Part shown: positions 28,915 through 38,988 of the stretch, one piece after another
How positions within the stretch are numbered: the first letter of the stretch is position 1
How the letters are laid out: every line of letters begins with the position of its first letter
Assembly: GCA_963835045.1 (NCBI GenBank)
Contig: CAWIDW010000003.1
Span: 31,928 to 95,927, forward strand
DNA: 64,000 nt
Direction of reading: 5' to 3'
Source: an uncultured bacterium
GTDB taxonomy: Bacteria; Patescibacteriota; Minisyncoccia; Minisyncoccales; Staskawiczbacteraceae
Position numbers and translations under genes: made by a program
The notes under the pieces: generated by a model
Databases searched by the model: none
Seen by the model: the letters and a program-made list of their open reading frames with translations, nothing else
What the model was told of the DNA's origin: nothing

Positions 28915-29625
28915 ATGACGGTTAAATCTTTGATAAAGAAAGTGGTTCCAAGTTCTTTTGTAATCGCTTATATGAATTTTCTGATCACCAGAAAGTATGA
29001 TGTCAGCATCGGCAAAGGATCAAGCGTTGACGCCAGTTCTTTTTTTGAAGGGCACAACGCTGTTGGCAATCATACGGAAATTTCAGGGAGCCGCCTTGGC
29101 ATTGGCAGCTACATTACTCATAATTCAAGCATTAGGTTGGCAAAGATTGGCAGGTTTTGCTGTGTTGGGGAAAATGTAAAAATTGGCGTGGGGCAGCATC
29201 CCTCAAACACATTTGTCAGCACTCATCCCGCGTTTTATTCCCTGGCCAAAAATATTGATGTCACATTTGCCAAAGAACAAAAATTCCAAGATCATGCATA
29301 TCTAGATTCCGAGAAAAAATATGTTGTTGAAGTTGGCAACGACGTTTGGATAGGCAGTAATGCGCTGATTTTGGACGGAATTAAAATCGGGGATGGCGCT
29401 ATTGTGGGCGCAGGGGCTGTCGTTACCAAAGACGTTGCCGATTATGCCATTGTCGGTGGAGTGCCTGCAAAATTAATAAGGAAAAGATTCTCCGATGAGC
29501 AAATAGCATTTTTAAAAAAGATGAAGTGGTGGGAAAAAGATTTTAATTGGATACAAAATAATTACGAAATATTTTCTGACATTGAAACATTTATTAATAC
29601 CTATAAAAATGAAAGCCGCGTCTGA
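28915..29625 (+). CDS. hexapeptide-repeat (LbH) O-acetyltransferase
   Basis: [53 protein letters not shown]. Confidence 0.8.
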   Translation: MTVKSLIKKVVPSSFVIAYMNFLITRKYDVSIGKGSSVDASSFFEGHNAVGNHTEISGSRLGIGSYITHNSSIRLAKIGRFCCVGENVKIGVGQHPSNTFVSTHPAFYSLAKNIDVTFAKEQKFQDHAYLDSEKKYVVEVGNDVWIGSNALILDGIKIGDGAIVGAGAVVTKDVADYAIVGGVPAKLIRKRFSDEQIAFLKKMKWWEKDFNWIQNNYEIFSDIETFINTYKNESRV

Positions 29626-30670
29626 TAAAAAAGCAATTATTACTGGAATCACGGGGCAGGACGGTTCTTATTTGGCCGAACTGTTGCTTTCCCGGGGATA
29701 CCAGGTTCACGGAATTATCAGAAGATCCAGCACGTTTAATACTTCGCGCATTGACCATATTTACCAGGACCCGCACATTAATAACGCAAAATTAATCGGC
29801 CACTACGGCGACTTAACCGATACCGGAAATATTGTAAAAATCATCAACCAGGTGCAACCGGATGAAATTTACCATTTGGGCGCGCAATCACACGTAAGGG
29901 TCAGTTTTGACATGCCCGAATACACCGCCAACACCGTGGCTCTTGGCACCTTGAGAATTTTGGAGGCGATGCAAAATTCCGGCAAGAAAATAAAAATGTA
30001 TAACGCCGCTTCTTCTGAAATGTTTGGCTCATCGCTGCCGCCCCAAAGTGAACAAACGCTTTTCCATCCGCGTTCGCCTTATGCCGCCGCCAAAGTGTTT
30101 TCATATCAGATAGCGCAAGTGTATCGGGAAGCTTATGGGTTATTTGCCTCCAATGGCATTTTATTTAACCATGAATCTCCCCGAAGAGGCGAAACGTTTG
30201 TTACCCGCAAAATAACCCGGGCCATCGCCCGCATCAAAGCTGGGTTGGACAAAGAGCTGTATCTTGGCAATTTGGATGCCAAACGGGATTGGGGCTACAC
30301 TCCAGAATATGTAGAGGCCATGCATGCAATGTTGCAGCAAGATAAGCCCCAAGATTATGTCATCGGAACCGGCCAGACCCACACCATCAAAGAATTTTTA
30401 CAAGAAGCTTTTTGGTATTCGGGCTTGGGTGATTGGCAGCAATACGTAAGGACCGACCCAAGATATTTAAGGCCGGCAGAAGTTGATGTGCTGATGTCGG
30501 ATCCGTCAAAAGCAAAAAAAATGTTGCCTTGGGAGTCCAAGATAACATTTAGTGAATTAGTAAAAATTATGGTGGACGCTGATATGCGATTGCTGGGCTT
30601 AACGGCGCCGGGTGAGGGTGACAACATTTTAAAAGAAAAATTTCCCAATCGCTGGTGGCAAGCCGACTAA
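29609..30670 (+). CDS. gmd: GDP-mannose 4,6-dehydratase
   Basis: [46 protein letters not shown] and the downstream YAAAK motif. The start is moved to the internal ATG (MKAASDKK) of ORF 29582..30670. Confidence 0.9.
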   Translation: MKAASDKKAIITGITGQDGSYLAELLLSRGYQVHGIIRRSSTFNTSRIDHIYQDPHINNAKLIGHYGDLTDTGNIVKIINQVQPDEIYHLGAQSHVRVSFDMPEYTANTVALGTLRILEAMQNSGKKIKMYNAASSEMFGSSLPPQSEQTLFHPRSPYAAAKVFSYQIAQVYREAYGLFASNGILFNHESPRRGETFVTRKITRAIARIKAGLDKELYLGNLDAKRDWGYTPEYVEAMHAMLQQDKPQDYVIGTGQTHTIKEFLQEAFWYSGLGDWQQYVRTDPRYLRPAEVDVLMSDPSKAKKMLPWESKITFSELVKIMVDADMRLLGLTAPGEGDNILKEKFPNRWWQAD

Positions 30671-30681
30671 TCCATACTGTT

Positions 30682-31182
30682 ATGATAAAAATAGCAACAA
30701 CTAATTTACCGGGAGTTTTATTAATAGACTTGGATGTTTTTTTGGACTTTCGGGGCCAATACGTAGAAACTTATAACGAACAGTTATATAAAAAACATGG
30801 CATTGATGTAACATTTGTCCAAGATGATGTTGCGCTGTCGCATAAAGATGTATTGCGCGGCATTCACGGAGATGATGAAAATTGGAAACTTATTTCGTGT
30901 TTGTATGGCAGTATTTATGTGGTGATTGTAAATTGCGACCAGGCTTCGGCGGACTTTGGCAAATGGCAATCTTTTACTCTGTCTGATGAAAAAAGGCAGC
31001 AGATATTAATACCGCCAAAGCATGGAAACTCTTATGTAACTTTAAGCGACAAGAGCCTTTTCCATTATAAGCAGTCAACCTATTACGAGGGTTCTAGGCA
31101 GTTTACCTATAAATGGAACGACCCGAAGTTTAACATTTCTTGGCCGATAAAAAATCCTATCCTTTCAAAAAGAGATGAATAA
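30682..31182 (+). CDS. RmlC-like cupin sugar 3,5-epimerase
   Basis: LPGVLLIDLDVFLDFRGQYVETYN ... RGIHGD ... Y.HKQSTYY resembles the dTDP-4-dehydrorhamnose 3,5-epimerase family. The internal ATG is used as start. Confidence 0.65.
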   Translation: MIKIATTNLPGVLLIDLDVFLDFRGQYVETYNEQLYKKHGIDVTFVQDDVALSHKDVLRGIHGDDENWKLISCLYGSIYVVIVNCDQASADFGKWQSFTLSDEKRQQILIPPKHGNSYVTLSDKSLFHYKQSTYYEGSRQFTYKWNDPKFNISWPIKNPILSKRDE

Positions 31183-32026
31183 TGACCAACAAAAACAGCC
31201 ACTAGTTTCTATTATTACTCCGGTTTTAAACCAGGAACGGTTTTTGGAAAAACTGATTTTAAGTATAAAAAGCCAGGATTACAACAACATTCAACACATT
31301 GTGGTTGACGGGGGATCCACCGACAAAACTTTGGACATTTTAAAAAAATATGAAGGCACCTATAACTTAGTTTGGTCGTCAGAAAAAGACAAGGGAATCG
31401 CGGATGCCTACAACAAAGGATTTGCCAAAGCCACCGGAGAAATATTTTGTTGGCAGGACGCGGATGATTGGTATCTGCCGGGGACGATAAAAAAAGTGGT
31501 GGAAGTTTTTAATAATCATCCTGCGGTGGACTTTGTTTTCGGGGATATATTGTTTTGTGATAAAAACGACAACATTGTCGACTACACCAAACGCCCGGGG
31601 TTTGACGGAGAATCTTTGGTGTACAATATGATGAATATCAATCCGCAAACGGCTTTTTGGAAAAGTTCATTGCATAAAAAATTGCAAGGATTGGACATCC
31701 GCTACAGGATATCTGCAGATTATGATTTTTATATCAGAGCCTTAAGGCTCGGTGCTAAGTTTTATCACATCCCTGAATTTTTAGCCGCATACAGATATCA
31801 CCCCCAACAGATTACTAAAAATGTGGAACTTTTAAGGCTTGAACATAGTCAGATACAAAAAAAATACTTTGATAAAAACATTACACCCATCCAGCTAACG
31901 TGGAAGAAGCGAAAAATCTTATTAAGAAAAACATGGTACTTTATTAAAAAAGGAGATTTTGCATATATTTTTCGATCGATTTTGCGTCGACTCAACATTC
32001 TACATCCCTATTACACGTTTGAATAG
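31175..32026 (+). CDS. family 2 glycosyltransferase
   Basis: VSIITPVLNQERFL, VDGGSTDKT and QDADD motifs. Confidence 0.8.
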   Translation: MNNDQQKQPLVSIITPVLNQERFLEKLILSIKSQDYNNIQHIVVDGGSTDKTLDILKKYEGTYNLVWSSEKDKGIADAYNKGFAKATGEIFCWQDADDWYLPGTIKKVVEVFNNHPAVDFVFGDILFCDKNDNIVDYTKRPGFDGESLVYNMMNINPQTAFWKSSLHKKLQGLDIRYRISADYDFYIRALRLGAKFYHIPEFLAAYRYHPQQITKNVELLRLEHSQIQKKYFDKNITPIQLTWKKRKILLRKTWYFIKKGDFAYIFRSILRRLNILHPYYTFE

Positions 32027-32106
32027 CTAAGAAAAATAACGATTATGGAAGTAATTAATATTCGCAGATCTTGGAAATTACAAAAGTTAAATTGTAGTAT
32101 TATACT

Positions 32107-32865
32107 ATGGCGCCAGGCGTAGACAAAAAAAATATTTGCGCCATTATCCAGGCTCGGATGGGTTCTGTGAGGCTGCCCAATAAAGTTTTGTGGCCGGTGG
32201 AAGGAAAACCCATGCTCTGGCACATTATTGAAAGGGTAAAAAAATCAAAAGAAATTGGCCAGATGGTTTTGGCAATTCCAGATACCAAAGAAAACAACGC
32301 GCTGGAAGAATTTGCCAAGCAAGAAAAGATACCTTATTTTCGGGGTAGCGAGGATGATGTGTTGAACCGTTTTTATGAAGCGGCAAAACAATACCACGCC
32401 GATGTTATTGTCAGGGTAACGGCCGATAATCCTTTTATAGACCCAAACATTGTTGACGTTGCCGTAAAAAGCCATTTACAAACAAATGCCGATTATAGCT
32501 CAACCCATTTTGAAAGTAAATTAGCCACGGGGTTTGCCGTTGAAGTATGCAGTTTTACAGCTCTAAAAAAAGCTAATAGCGAAGCCAAAGAATTGCAAGA
32601 AAGGGAACACGTCATGCCCTATTTTTACAAAAACCCGGACATTTTTTCCATCAATAAAATTGATATAAAAGGCTACGAGGATTCGGCAAGTTTTCGCCTG
32701 ACCGTTGATACCAAAGAAGATATGGAATTGGCGCTCCGAATTTACAAAGAATTATATAAACCCGGCGAAATTTTTTATTTGAGTGATATTATTGATTTAC
32801 TAAAAAATAAAAAACCGGAACTTACAAAAATTAATGAAAATATCCCGCAAAAAAAAGTTACCTGA
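32107..32865 (+). CDS. acylneuraminate cytidylyltransferase-family protein (SpsF/PseF-like)
   Basis: ICAIIQARMGSVRLPNKVL is the CMP-sugar synthetase N-terminal motif. 252 aa. Confidence 0.75.
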   Translation: MAPGVDKKNICAIIQARMGSVRLPNKVLWPVEGKPMLWHIIERVKKSKEIGQMVLAIPDTKENNALEEFAKQEKIPYFRGSEDDVLNRFYEAAKQYHADVIVRVTADNPFIDPNIVDVAVKSHLQTNADYSSTHFESKLATGFAVEVCSFTALKKANSEAKELQEREHVMPYFYKNPDIFSINKIDIKGYEDSASFRLTVDTKEDMELALRIYKELYKPGEIFYLSDIIDLLKNKKPELTKINENIPQKKVT

Positions 32866-34061
32866 AAAGCCAGCCATTGCCGGCGGCAAAAAAGTACGCA
32901 AGCACCAGCTTTCGGCTTTTAGTCCCAACATTGGTGCCGAGGAAATACAGGAAGTGGTTAAGACATTAAAGTCCGGTTGGCTTAGCACGGGTCTTAAAAC
33001 CCATCGCTTTGAAGAAGCGGTAAAAAAATATGTTGGCAGCAAATATGCCGTTGCATTAAATTCTTGCACCGCCGGCCTTCACTTGTCGTTAATTGCCGCC
33101 GGTGTGGGCGCGGGCGACGAAGTCATTACCAGTCCCTTTACCTTTGCCGCTACGGCCAATGTTATTTTGCACGTGGGAGCCAAACCTGTTTTTGTTGACA
33201 TTCAAAAAGACACCTATAATATCGACCCAAATTTAATCAAAAAAGCCATCACCAAAAAAACCAAGGCCATTATTGCCGTCCATTACGCCGGTCATCCTTG
33301 TGACATGGATGAAATTTTTGCCATTGCCAAAAAGCATAACTTGGTGGTCATTGAAGACGCGGCCCACGCCATTGGCGCAACCTATAAAGGGAAAAAAATC
33401 GGGAGCATGAGCGATTTTACGGTCTTTAGTTTTTACGCCACAAAAAATATTACCACCGCGGAAGGGGGGATGGTGTGCTTAAAAGATGCTGACGCCGAAG
33501 AAAAAAATACGGGTCATGAGTTTGCATGGTATGAACCGTGACGCCTGGAAGCGCTACACCAAAGGCGGAAGTTGGTATTACGAAGTAAAATATCCGGGAT
33601 TTAAATATAATATGACCGACTTGCAGGCTTCTTTGGGCATTTGGCAATTAAAAAAAATAGAAAGTTTCACTAAAAAAAGAAAACAAATCGCAGACTTTTA
33701 TGATAAAAGTTTTGCTGATTTTCCGGAAATAACATTGCCGACTACCAGAAATTATGTGCGCCATGCCAGGCATTTGTATTCCATGTTAATCAATCCCGAA
33801 AATCTGACTATTGGCCGCAACGAATTTTTTACTGCCCTTAAAGCCGAAAATATTGACGCCAGCGTGCATTTTATTCCCGTCCATTTGCACCCTTATTATG
33901 CAAAAGCATTCGGATTTAAGCGCGGGGATTTTCCCAACGCGGAATATATTTTTGACAGGATTATTTCTTTGCCGATTAATAATAAAATGAACATGAAAGA
34001 CGCCGGTGATGTTGCCCACGCCGTCAAAAAAATTATTACTTATTATAGAAAACAAAAATGA
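32834..34061 (+). pseudogene. DegT/DnrJ/EryC1-type PLP sugar aminotransferase interrupted by a frameshift in an A7 run
   Basis: ORFs 32834..33541 and 33486..34061 are the N- and C-halves of one enzyme (SPFTFAATAN, SFYATKNITTAEGG, then LHGMNRDAWKRY, YNMTDLQASLGIWQL). Removing one A from 33501-33507 gives ...AEEKIRVMSLHGM... in one frame. Confidence 0.85.
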
Positions 34062-35164
34062 TAGAAAAAGAATTTATCATTGGTAAAACAAAGGTAGGTG
34101 GCTCAAACCCCTGTTTTATTGTGGCCGAAATCGGAATTAATTTTGATAGCGAATACGGCAACGCCTTAAAGCTAATAGACGTGGCGGCCGCTGCCGGTTG
34201 CAGTGCCGTAAAATTCCAATTGTTTAAAGCTGAAACCATGTACACGCCAAAAGCCGGCAAATATACTACGGCTTCGGGCAAGAAAAAAGATATCGTAGAA
34301 ATTGTCAAAGAAGGCGAATTGCCATCGCTTTGGATACCCAGACTACGGGACTTTGCAAAGGCCAAAGGGCTGGAATTTTTTGTCACCACCTGCGATGAAA
34401 AAAGCACCGACATTTTAGAAAAATACGGGGCCAGCGCTTACAAAATTGCTTCTTATGAAATCACCCACCTGCCGCTGTTAACCTACACCGCCAAAAACCA
34501 AAAGCCCATGATTTTTTCTTCCGGCGGGTCAAATTTGTCAGAAATTATAGAAGCCATGGATGCCATCACCAAAACCGGCAACCACCAAATTGCCCTGATG
34601 CATTGCATCGGCCAGTATCCGGCGCCGCTTGAAAGTCTTAACTTATCAGTAATTTCCCTGTTTCGTTTGGCTTTTCCTGACGTGGTTATTGGCTACTCCG
34701 ATCATAGCCAAGACCCTGTTGTAGCCCCAAGAGCAGTCGTGGCGCTTGGCGCAAAAATAATTGAAAAGCATATCACCTTGGACAAAAATTTACCCGGACC
34801 TGACCATATGTTTGCTTTAAATCCCGGTGAATTAAAACTGATGGTGCAAGCTATTCGCCAGGCCGAAAAAGAATTGCAAGAAGGTAAAAAAATAACTATT
34901 GATCCAAAGCTACTGGGCAATTCGGAGCGCAAAACTTTAAAGGGCGAAGAATCTGTCAGGTCATTTGCCTACCGCTGCCTTTTTGCCAAAGAGCTGATAA
35001 AAAAAGGCGAGCGTTTTAGCAAAAAAAATGTGATTGTCTTGCGTCCCGGAAAAACCAAGCGGGGCCTTGAGCCAAAATATTACCAGTTGTTGCAGGGACA
35101 CAAAGCCACAAAAAAGATTGCCCAATTTTCACCAATCCAATGGGACGATGTGCTGTTAACGTAA
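34058..35164 (+). CDS. NeuB-family nonulosonic acid synthase (NeuB/PseI/LegI-like) with SAF domain
   Basis: CFIVAEIGINFDSEYGNALKLIDVAAAAGCSAVKFQLFKAE and HCIGQYPAP. ATGA overlap with the upstream ORF. Confidence 0.85.
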   Translation: MIEKEFIIGKTKVGGSNPCFIVAEIGINFDSEYGNALKLIDVAAAAGCSAVKFQLFKAETMYTPKAGKYTTASGKKKDIVEIVKEGELPSLWIPRLRDFAKAKGLEFFVTTCDEKSTDILEKYGASAYKIASYEITHLPLLTYTAKNQKPMIFSSGGSNLSEIIEAMDAITKTGNHQIALMHCIGQYPAPLESLNLSVISLFRLAFPDVVIGYSDHSQDPVVAPRAVVALGAKIIEKHITLDKNLPGPDHMFALNPGELKLMVQAIRQAEKELQEGKKITIDPKLLGNSERKTLKGEESVRSFAYRCLFAKELIKKGERFSKKNVIVLRPGKTKRGLEPKYYQLLQGHKATKKIAQFSPIQWDDVLLT

Positions 35165-35166
35165 TC

Positions 35167-35841
35167 ATGCAAGCCATTAAAATCAGTGTTATTATGCGCG
35201 CGTATAATTCAGCCGCTTTTGTCGCTACGGCGGTAGAGAGTGTTTTGGCGCAAACGTTGGCGCCAGAATTTTATGAGCTGGTAGTCATTGACGACGGGTC
35301 AAGTGACCAAACCTTGGATATTTTAAAAAATTACGGGAATAAAATAACGCTGTTCCAGCAAAATCATTTGGGCGCCATCGTAGCTTTAAATAAAGCCATA
35401 GACCAAGCTGTGGGAAGTCATATGATTATTTTAGATTCCGATGATACCTTTCAAAAAGATATTTTGGAAAAAATGTTTCTGGTGGTAAAAAATAATCAGG
35501 CAGATTTTGTCTATTGCGATTACTATGAAAACGAGTTAGCAACCGGTAAGCAAAAAATAGTATCTTTGAAAAAAAATATATTCAACAGTGTGGCGGGCGG
35601 AATTTTGTTTGATAAAAATATTGTCAAAAAACTGGGCGGCTATGATGCGAGTTTATTTTTTCCCGAATACGATTTGCTAATAAAAATCCGGCAAGTTTCC
35701 CAAGGATATTATTTACCCTACCCATTATTTACTTACAATCGCCACAAAGAAAGCATGACGGCCAATAAAGAAAACGTGAAAAAAGGCATGGAGCAATTAT
35801 TTTTAAAATATAAAAAGAATTTTAATATACGGGCTTATTAA
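35167..35841 (+). CDS. family 2 glycosyltransferase
   Basis: ISVIMRAYNSAAFV, IDDGSSDQT and LDSDD motifs. The internal ATG (MQAIK) is used as start. Confidence 0.75.
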   Translation: MQAIKISVIMRAYNSAAFVATAVESVLAQTLAPEFYELVVIDDGSSDQTLDILKNYGNKITLFQQNHLGAIVALNKAIDQAVGSHMIILDSDDTFQKDILEKMFLVVKNNQADFVYCDYYENELATGKQKIVSLKKNIFNSVAGGILFDKNIVKKLGGYDASLFFPEYDLLIKIRQVSQGYYLPYPLFTYNRHKESMTANKENVKKGMEQLFLKYKKNFNIRAY

Positions 35842-35844
35842 TAT

Positions 35845-36231
35845 ATGGAACCAAAAAAAGAAAAACCAACGTTTGATGCCATGGGAATGACAAAGTGGTA
35901 TTGGCGCGCGCTTCACCACGATAAATTAACGTTGGGCGAAAATACCCAAATAGGGTCTTTTACGGTCATTGACGCGCATCACGGCGTAGAAATCGGGGAC
36001 GATGTTAAGATAGGATTTAACTGCGTCATCATTAGCCACTCATCCATTGATAATAAAAGCGGCAAAGTTATTTTAAAAAAGGGTTGCAGTATCGGGAGCG
36101 GCGCCATGGTGATGCCTGGAGTAACCGTTGGAGAAAATTCCATTATTGGCGCCAACAGTTTTGTAAATAAAAATGTCCCCGACAACGAAATCTGGGTCGG
36201 CACCCCCGCCAAGTTTTTAAAGAAAATATAA
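35845..36231 (+). CDS. hexapeptide-repeat (LbH) acetyltransferase
   Basis: IGSGAMVMPGVTVGENSIIGANSFVNKNVPDNEIWVGTPAKF. Confidence 0.8.
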   Translation: MEPKKEKPTFDAMGMTKWYWRALHHDKLTLGENTQIGSFTVIDAHHGVEIGDDVKIGFNCVIISHSSIDNKSGKVILKKGCSIGSGAMVMPGVTVGENSIIGANSFVNKNVPDNEIWVGTPAKFLKKI

Positions 36232-36235
36232 CGTT

Positions 36236-37516
36236 ATGAAAACTGAAAAGCCACTATTAAAAGGTTCAATGATGCAATTAATTAATGACATTTGGTTTTT
36301 GCGCCGGGATATTATTTCTGACGGTTTTGATGAGGCTCTGGAATATATTTCAAAAATTATTCCGCTCAAAATCCACCAAATTCCGACCGGGACGAAATGC
36401 TGGACTTGGGTGGTGCCGGAAAAGTGGTCGGTGGGCGAGGCATATATAGAAGATTTGCAGGGCAACCGGATTTTGGACGTAAAAAACCATCCGTTGCACG
36501 TCATGTCGTATTCGTTGCCCATTGATAAAACGGTCAGCAAAGAAGAGTTATTGGAGCACGTCCACACGCGCATTGATAAACCAAATGCCATCCCGTTTGA
36601 TTTTAAATATTACCAAAAAGATTGGGGCTTTTGCATGGAGCATAATAAATTGGAAACCTTAACCCAAGATAAGTACAAGGTTTTTATTGACTCAACATTT
36701 CAAAAGGGCAACTTAAAAGTGGGCGAATATACCATCGCCGGGAAAACCAAGGAAACCATTGTTTTGGTTGCCCATTTGTGCCATCCCTGTCAGGTCAATG
36801 ACGATTTAGCGGGCGTGGCGGTGTTAATTGATGTGGCAAAAGAATTGGCAAAAAAAGATAACTACTATAGTTACAAGATACTGATTTTGCCGGAGACGAT
36901 TGGATCGGTTGCTTACTTAAGCCAGAATGAAAAAATAATCCCGCAATTAAAATACGGTATTTTTTTGGAAATGCTGGGAAACGACAATGCCTTTGCCCTG
37001 CAGCTGAGTCGGCAAGGCGACACTAAAATTGATAAGATTGCCCGCTATGCGATGAAAAGAACATTAAAAGATTTTCGTGAAGGCGCTTTTCGCAAAATCA
37101 TTTGCAATGATGAAATGGTTTTTAACGGCCCGGGTGTTAATATTCCCATGATTTCTGTGAGCCGCTGGCCGTATCCGGAATATCATACTTCGGATGATAG
37201 TCCCAGTATCGTCTCGCAAGAAAGGCTAGAAGAATCCAAAAATCTGATTTTAGAAATACTGGATATTTTGGATAAAGATTATATTCCCAAGCGTACATTT
37301 AAGGGCCCGATTTTTTTGTCGGGCTTTGGACTTTGGGTTGACTGGCGTGTCAACAGGGCTTTAAATAGCAACATTGAACAAATAATGTTGCGCCTTGAGG
37401 GAGATAAAAGTGTTTTTGATATTGCCAGTGAGTTGGATATGGATTTTGATACGGTGCGAGAGTATATCGACAAGTTTTTTGATAATAAGTTAATCACTAA
37501 GAGCCATGAGCTTTGA
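36236..37516 (+). CDS. aminopeptidase-like domain protein (COG4310/DUF4910-like) of polysaccharide clusters
   Basis: 426 aa. VAHLCHPCQVNDDLAGVAVLIDVAKEL ... LPETIGSVAYL is recalled as typical of this family. Call is from memory, not a search. Confidence 0.5.
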   Translation: MKTEKPLLKGSMMQLINDIWFLRRDIISDGFDEALEYISKIIPLKIHQIPTGTKCWTWVVPEKWSVGEAYIEDLQGNRILDVKNHPLHVMSYSLPIDKTVSKEELLEHVHTRIDKPNAIPFDFKYYQKDWGFCMEHNKLETLTQDKYKVFIDSTFQKGNLKVGEYTIAGKTKETIVLVAHLCHPCQVNDDLAGVAVLIDVAKELAKKDNYYSYKILILPETIGSVAYLSQNEKIIPQLKYGIFLEMLGNDNAFALQLSRQGDTKIDKIARYAMKRTLKDFREGAFRKIICNDEMVFNGPGVNIPMISVSRWPYPEYHTSDDSPSIVSQERLEESKNLILEILDILDKDYIPKRTFKGPIFLSGFGLWVDWRVNRALNSNIEQIMLRLEGDKSVFDIASELDMDFDTVREYIDKFFDNKLITKSHEL

Positions 37517-38945
37517 TGAAGTTTGTAAAAAAGGTAATTTCGTTTTTGCCAAATCCTTGAAATAAAAACAGAAAGAAAAAGTAACAGACGGCTCCAAGAC
37601 CAATCGCGACCAATGTTTTCCATAAGCCCATAGGGTTGAATTCCACCACCATGATGGTCATGATTACCGAGGCTAAAATGCTTTTTATGATGAATCTCCA
37701 GTCGATTTCAAAATGCAGTTCTTTGAAAGCGTAATACCATGTTGTTGTAAAGACAAAGAAATAAGCTAAGAGCGTGGTAATGGCAGCTCCCATAATTCCA
37801 AAGTGAGGGATTAATATCAGATTTAATCCAAAATTTAAAAGAGCAGCTACGAGCCATGTAATTCCACCGATGTGAGTTTTCTTTTTGAGCGCCAAGATTT
37901 GGGCTACAATTACGTAAGCACCAAAAAATAGTATGCTTAAGGCTACTAATGGTACGATATAGTATGAATGATCGGCAATTTGGCGAGTAGAAAATATTAC
38001 GAGGAGTTTTTCTGACAAAATGGAAAGGCCAAAAACAGCAGGAATGGATAATGCTAAGAAATATTTTAGTGAATATTTGAGATATTTTTTCACCTCACTG
38101 ATTCTTTCTCCATCGTAATGCTCTGATAAGACCGCTGGCAGGATAAACAGTAAGGGCGCTGTAAAAAATACCATACTTGATCCGAGGGTATAGGCGGGTG
38201 AGTAATAGCCGACAAACAGAGTTCCCAGAAAAAAACCTATTAAATACCGATCGCTTGACTGGGCAATCCATTGCACGGTATCGCCAAAGAGATTGGGTAA
38301 GCCAAATTTTAGATATTCCTTTATTCGCAAAAATTGGGGAATTTTAATGCCAACCCTTTTAATGACCAAAGATCCCATGATTAAAAAAAGTGTAGCCCTG
38401 ATAATTAATAGTGACAATAAGGCCCCCAGTAATCCGTATCCCAGAGATATAGTTACAATAATTGATCCAGTTTCTGCTAATTCCTGGAAAATTACAAAAA
38501 AACAGTATTCTTTAGTTTGTTGGAATGCCCTAAAAATATTTAAAAACGTCCCATTCGAAAAATCAAATATAATAACAACAGCCAAAATCTGAACCAAAAT
38601 CTTACTGCATCCGAAAAAATGCGATATAGGTTGGGCAAAAATAATTAAAAGTGAAGAAAGGGCAATGGTAGTGCTGGCTATGAGAGTTAAGACTGACCAT
38701 ATTCCGTCTCGAATTTCCTTTTTATCCTTTTCGCCGGCCAAAAATCTGACGAGAGTATAGGGTAGGCCCAAAAAGGCAATAGGGCCCAAAAGGCTTATGG
38801 TGACCATGAGTTGGGTCCAAATGCCATAATTTTCTGCTCCCAATAGTTTTGTTATCACGGGCAGAATTGCAATTCCGCCTAATGCAATAACTAACTGGGT
38901 TAAACCCAAAAGGATAATATCTTTGGTAAATTTTTTGTAAGACAT
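37497..38945 (-). CDS. Wzx-like oligosaccharide flippase (MOP superfamily)
   Basis: 482 aa with about 14 TM helices, typical Wzx size and topology. It is the only minus-strand gene in the island. Confidence 0.7.
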   Translation of the reverse strand: MSYKKFTKDIILLGLTQLVIALGGIAILPVITKLLGAENYGIWTQLMVTISLLGPIAFLGLPYTLVRFLAGEKDKKEIRDGIWSVLTLIASTTIALSSLLIIFAQPISHFFGCSKILVQILAVVIIFDFSNGTFLNIFRAFQQTKEYCFFVIFQELAETGSIIVTISLGYGLLGALLSLLIIRATLFLIMGSLVIKRVGIKIPQFLRIKEYLKFGLPNLFGDTVQWIAQSSDRYLIGFFLGTLFVGYYSPAYTLGSSMVFFTAPLLFILPAVLSEHYDGERISEVKKYLKYSLKYFLALSIPAVFGLSILSEKLLVIFSTRQIADHSYYIVPLVALSILFFGAYVIVAQILALKKKTHIGGITWLVAALLNFGLNLILIPHFGIMGAAITTLLAYFFVFTTTWYYAFKELHFEIDWRFIIKSILASVIMTIMVVEFNPMGLWKTLVAIGLGAVCYFFFLFLFQGFGKNEITFFTNFIKAHGS

Positions 38946-38988
38946 GTTCTACTATCTTAGCATACTCATAAACTTTTAATAGATTTAT

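Noticed and set aside
33486-34061. Treating ORF 33486..34061 as an independent gene.
   Set aside because: Its first residues overlap the end of 32834..33541. The two translations are contiguous halves of one aminotransferase once a single A is removed.
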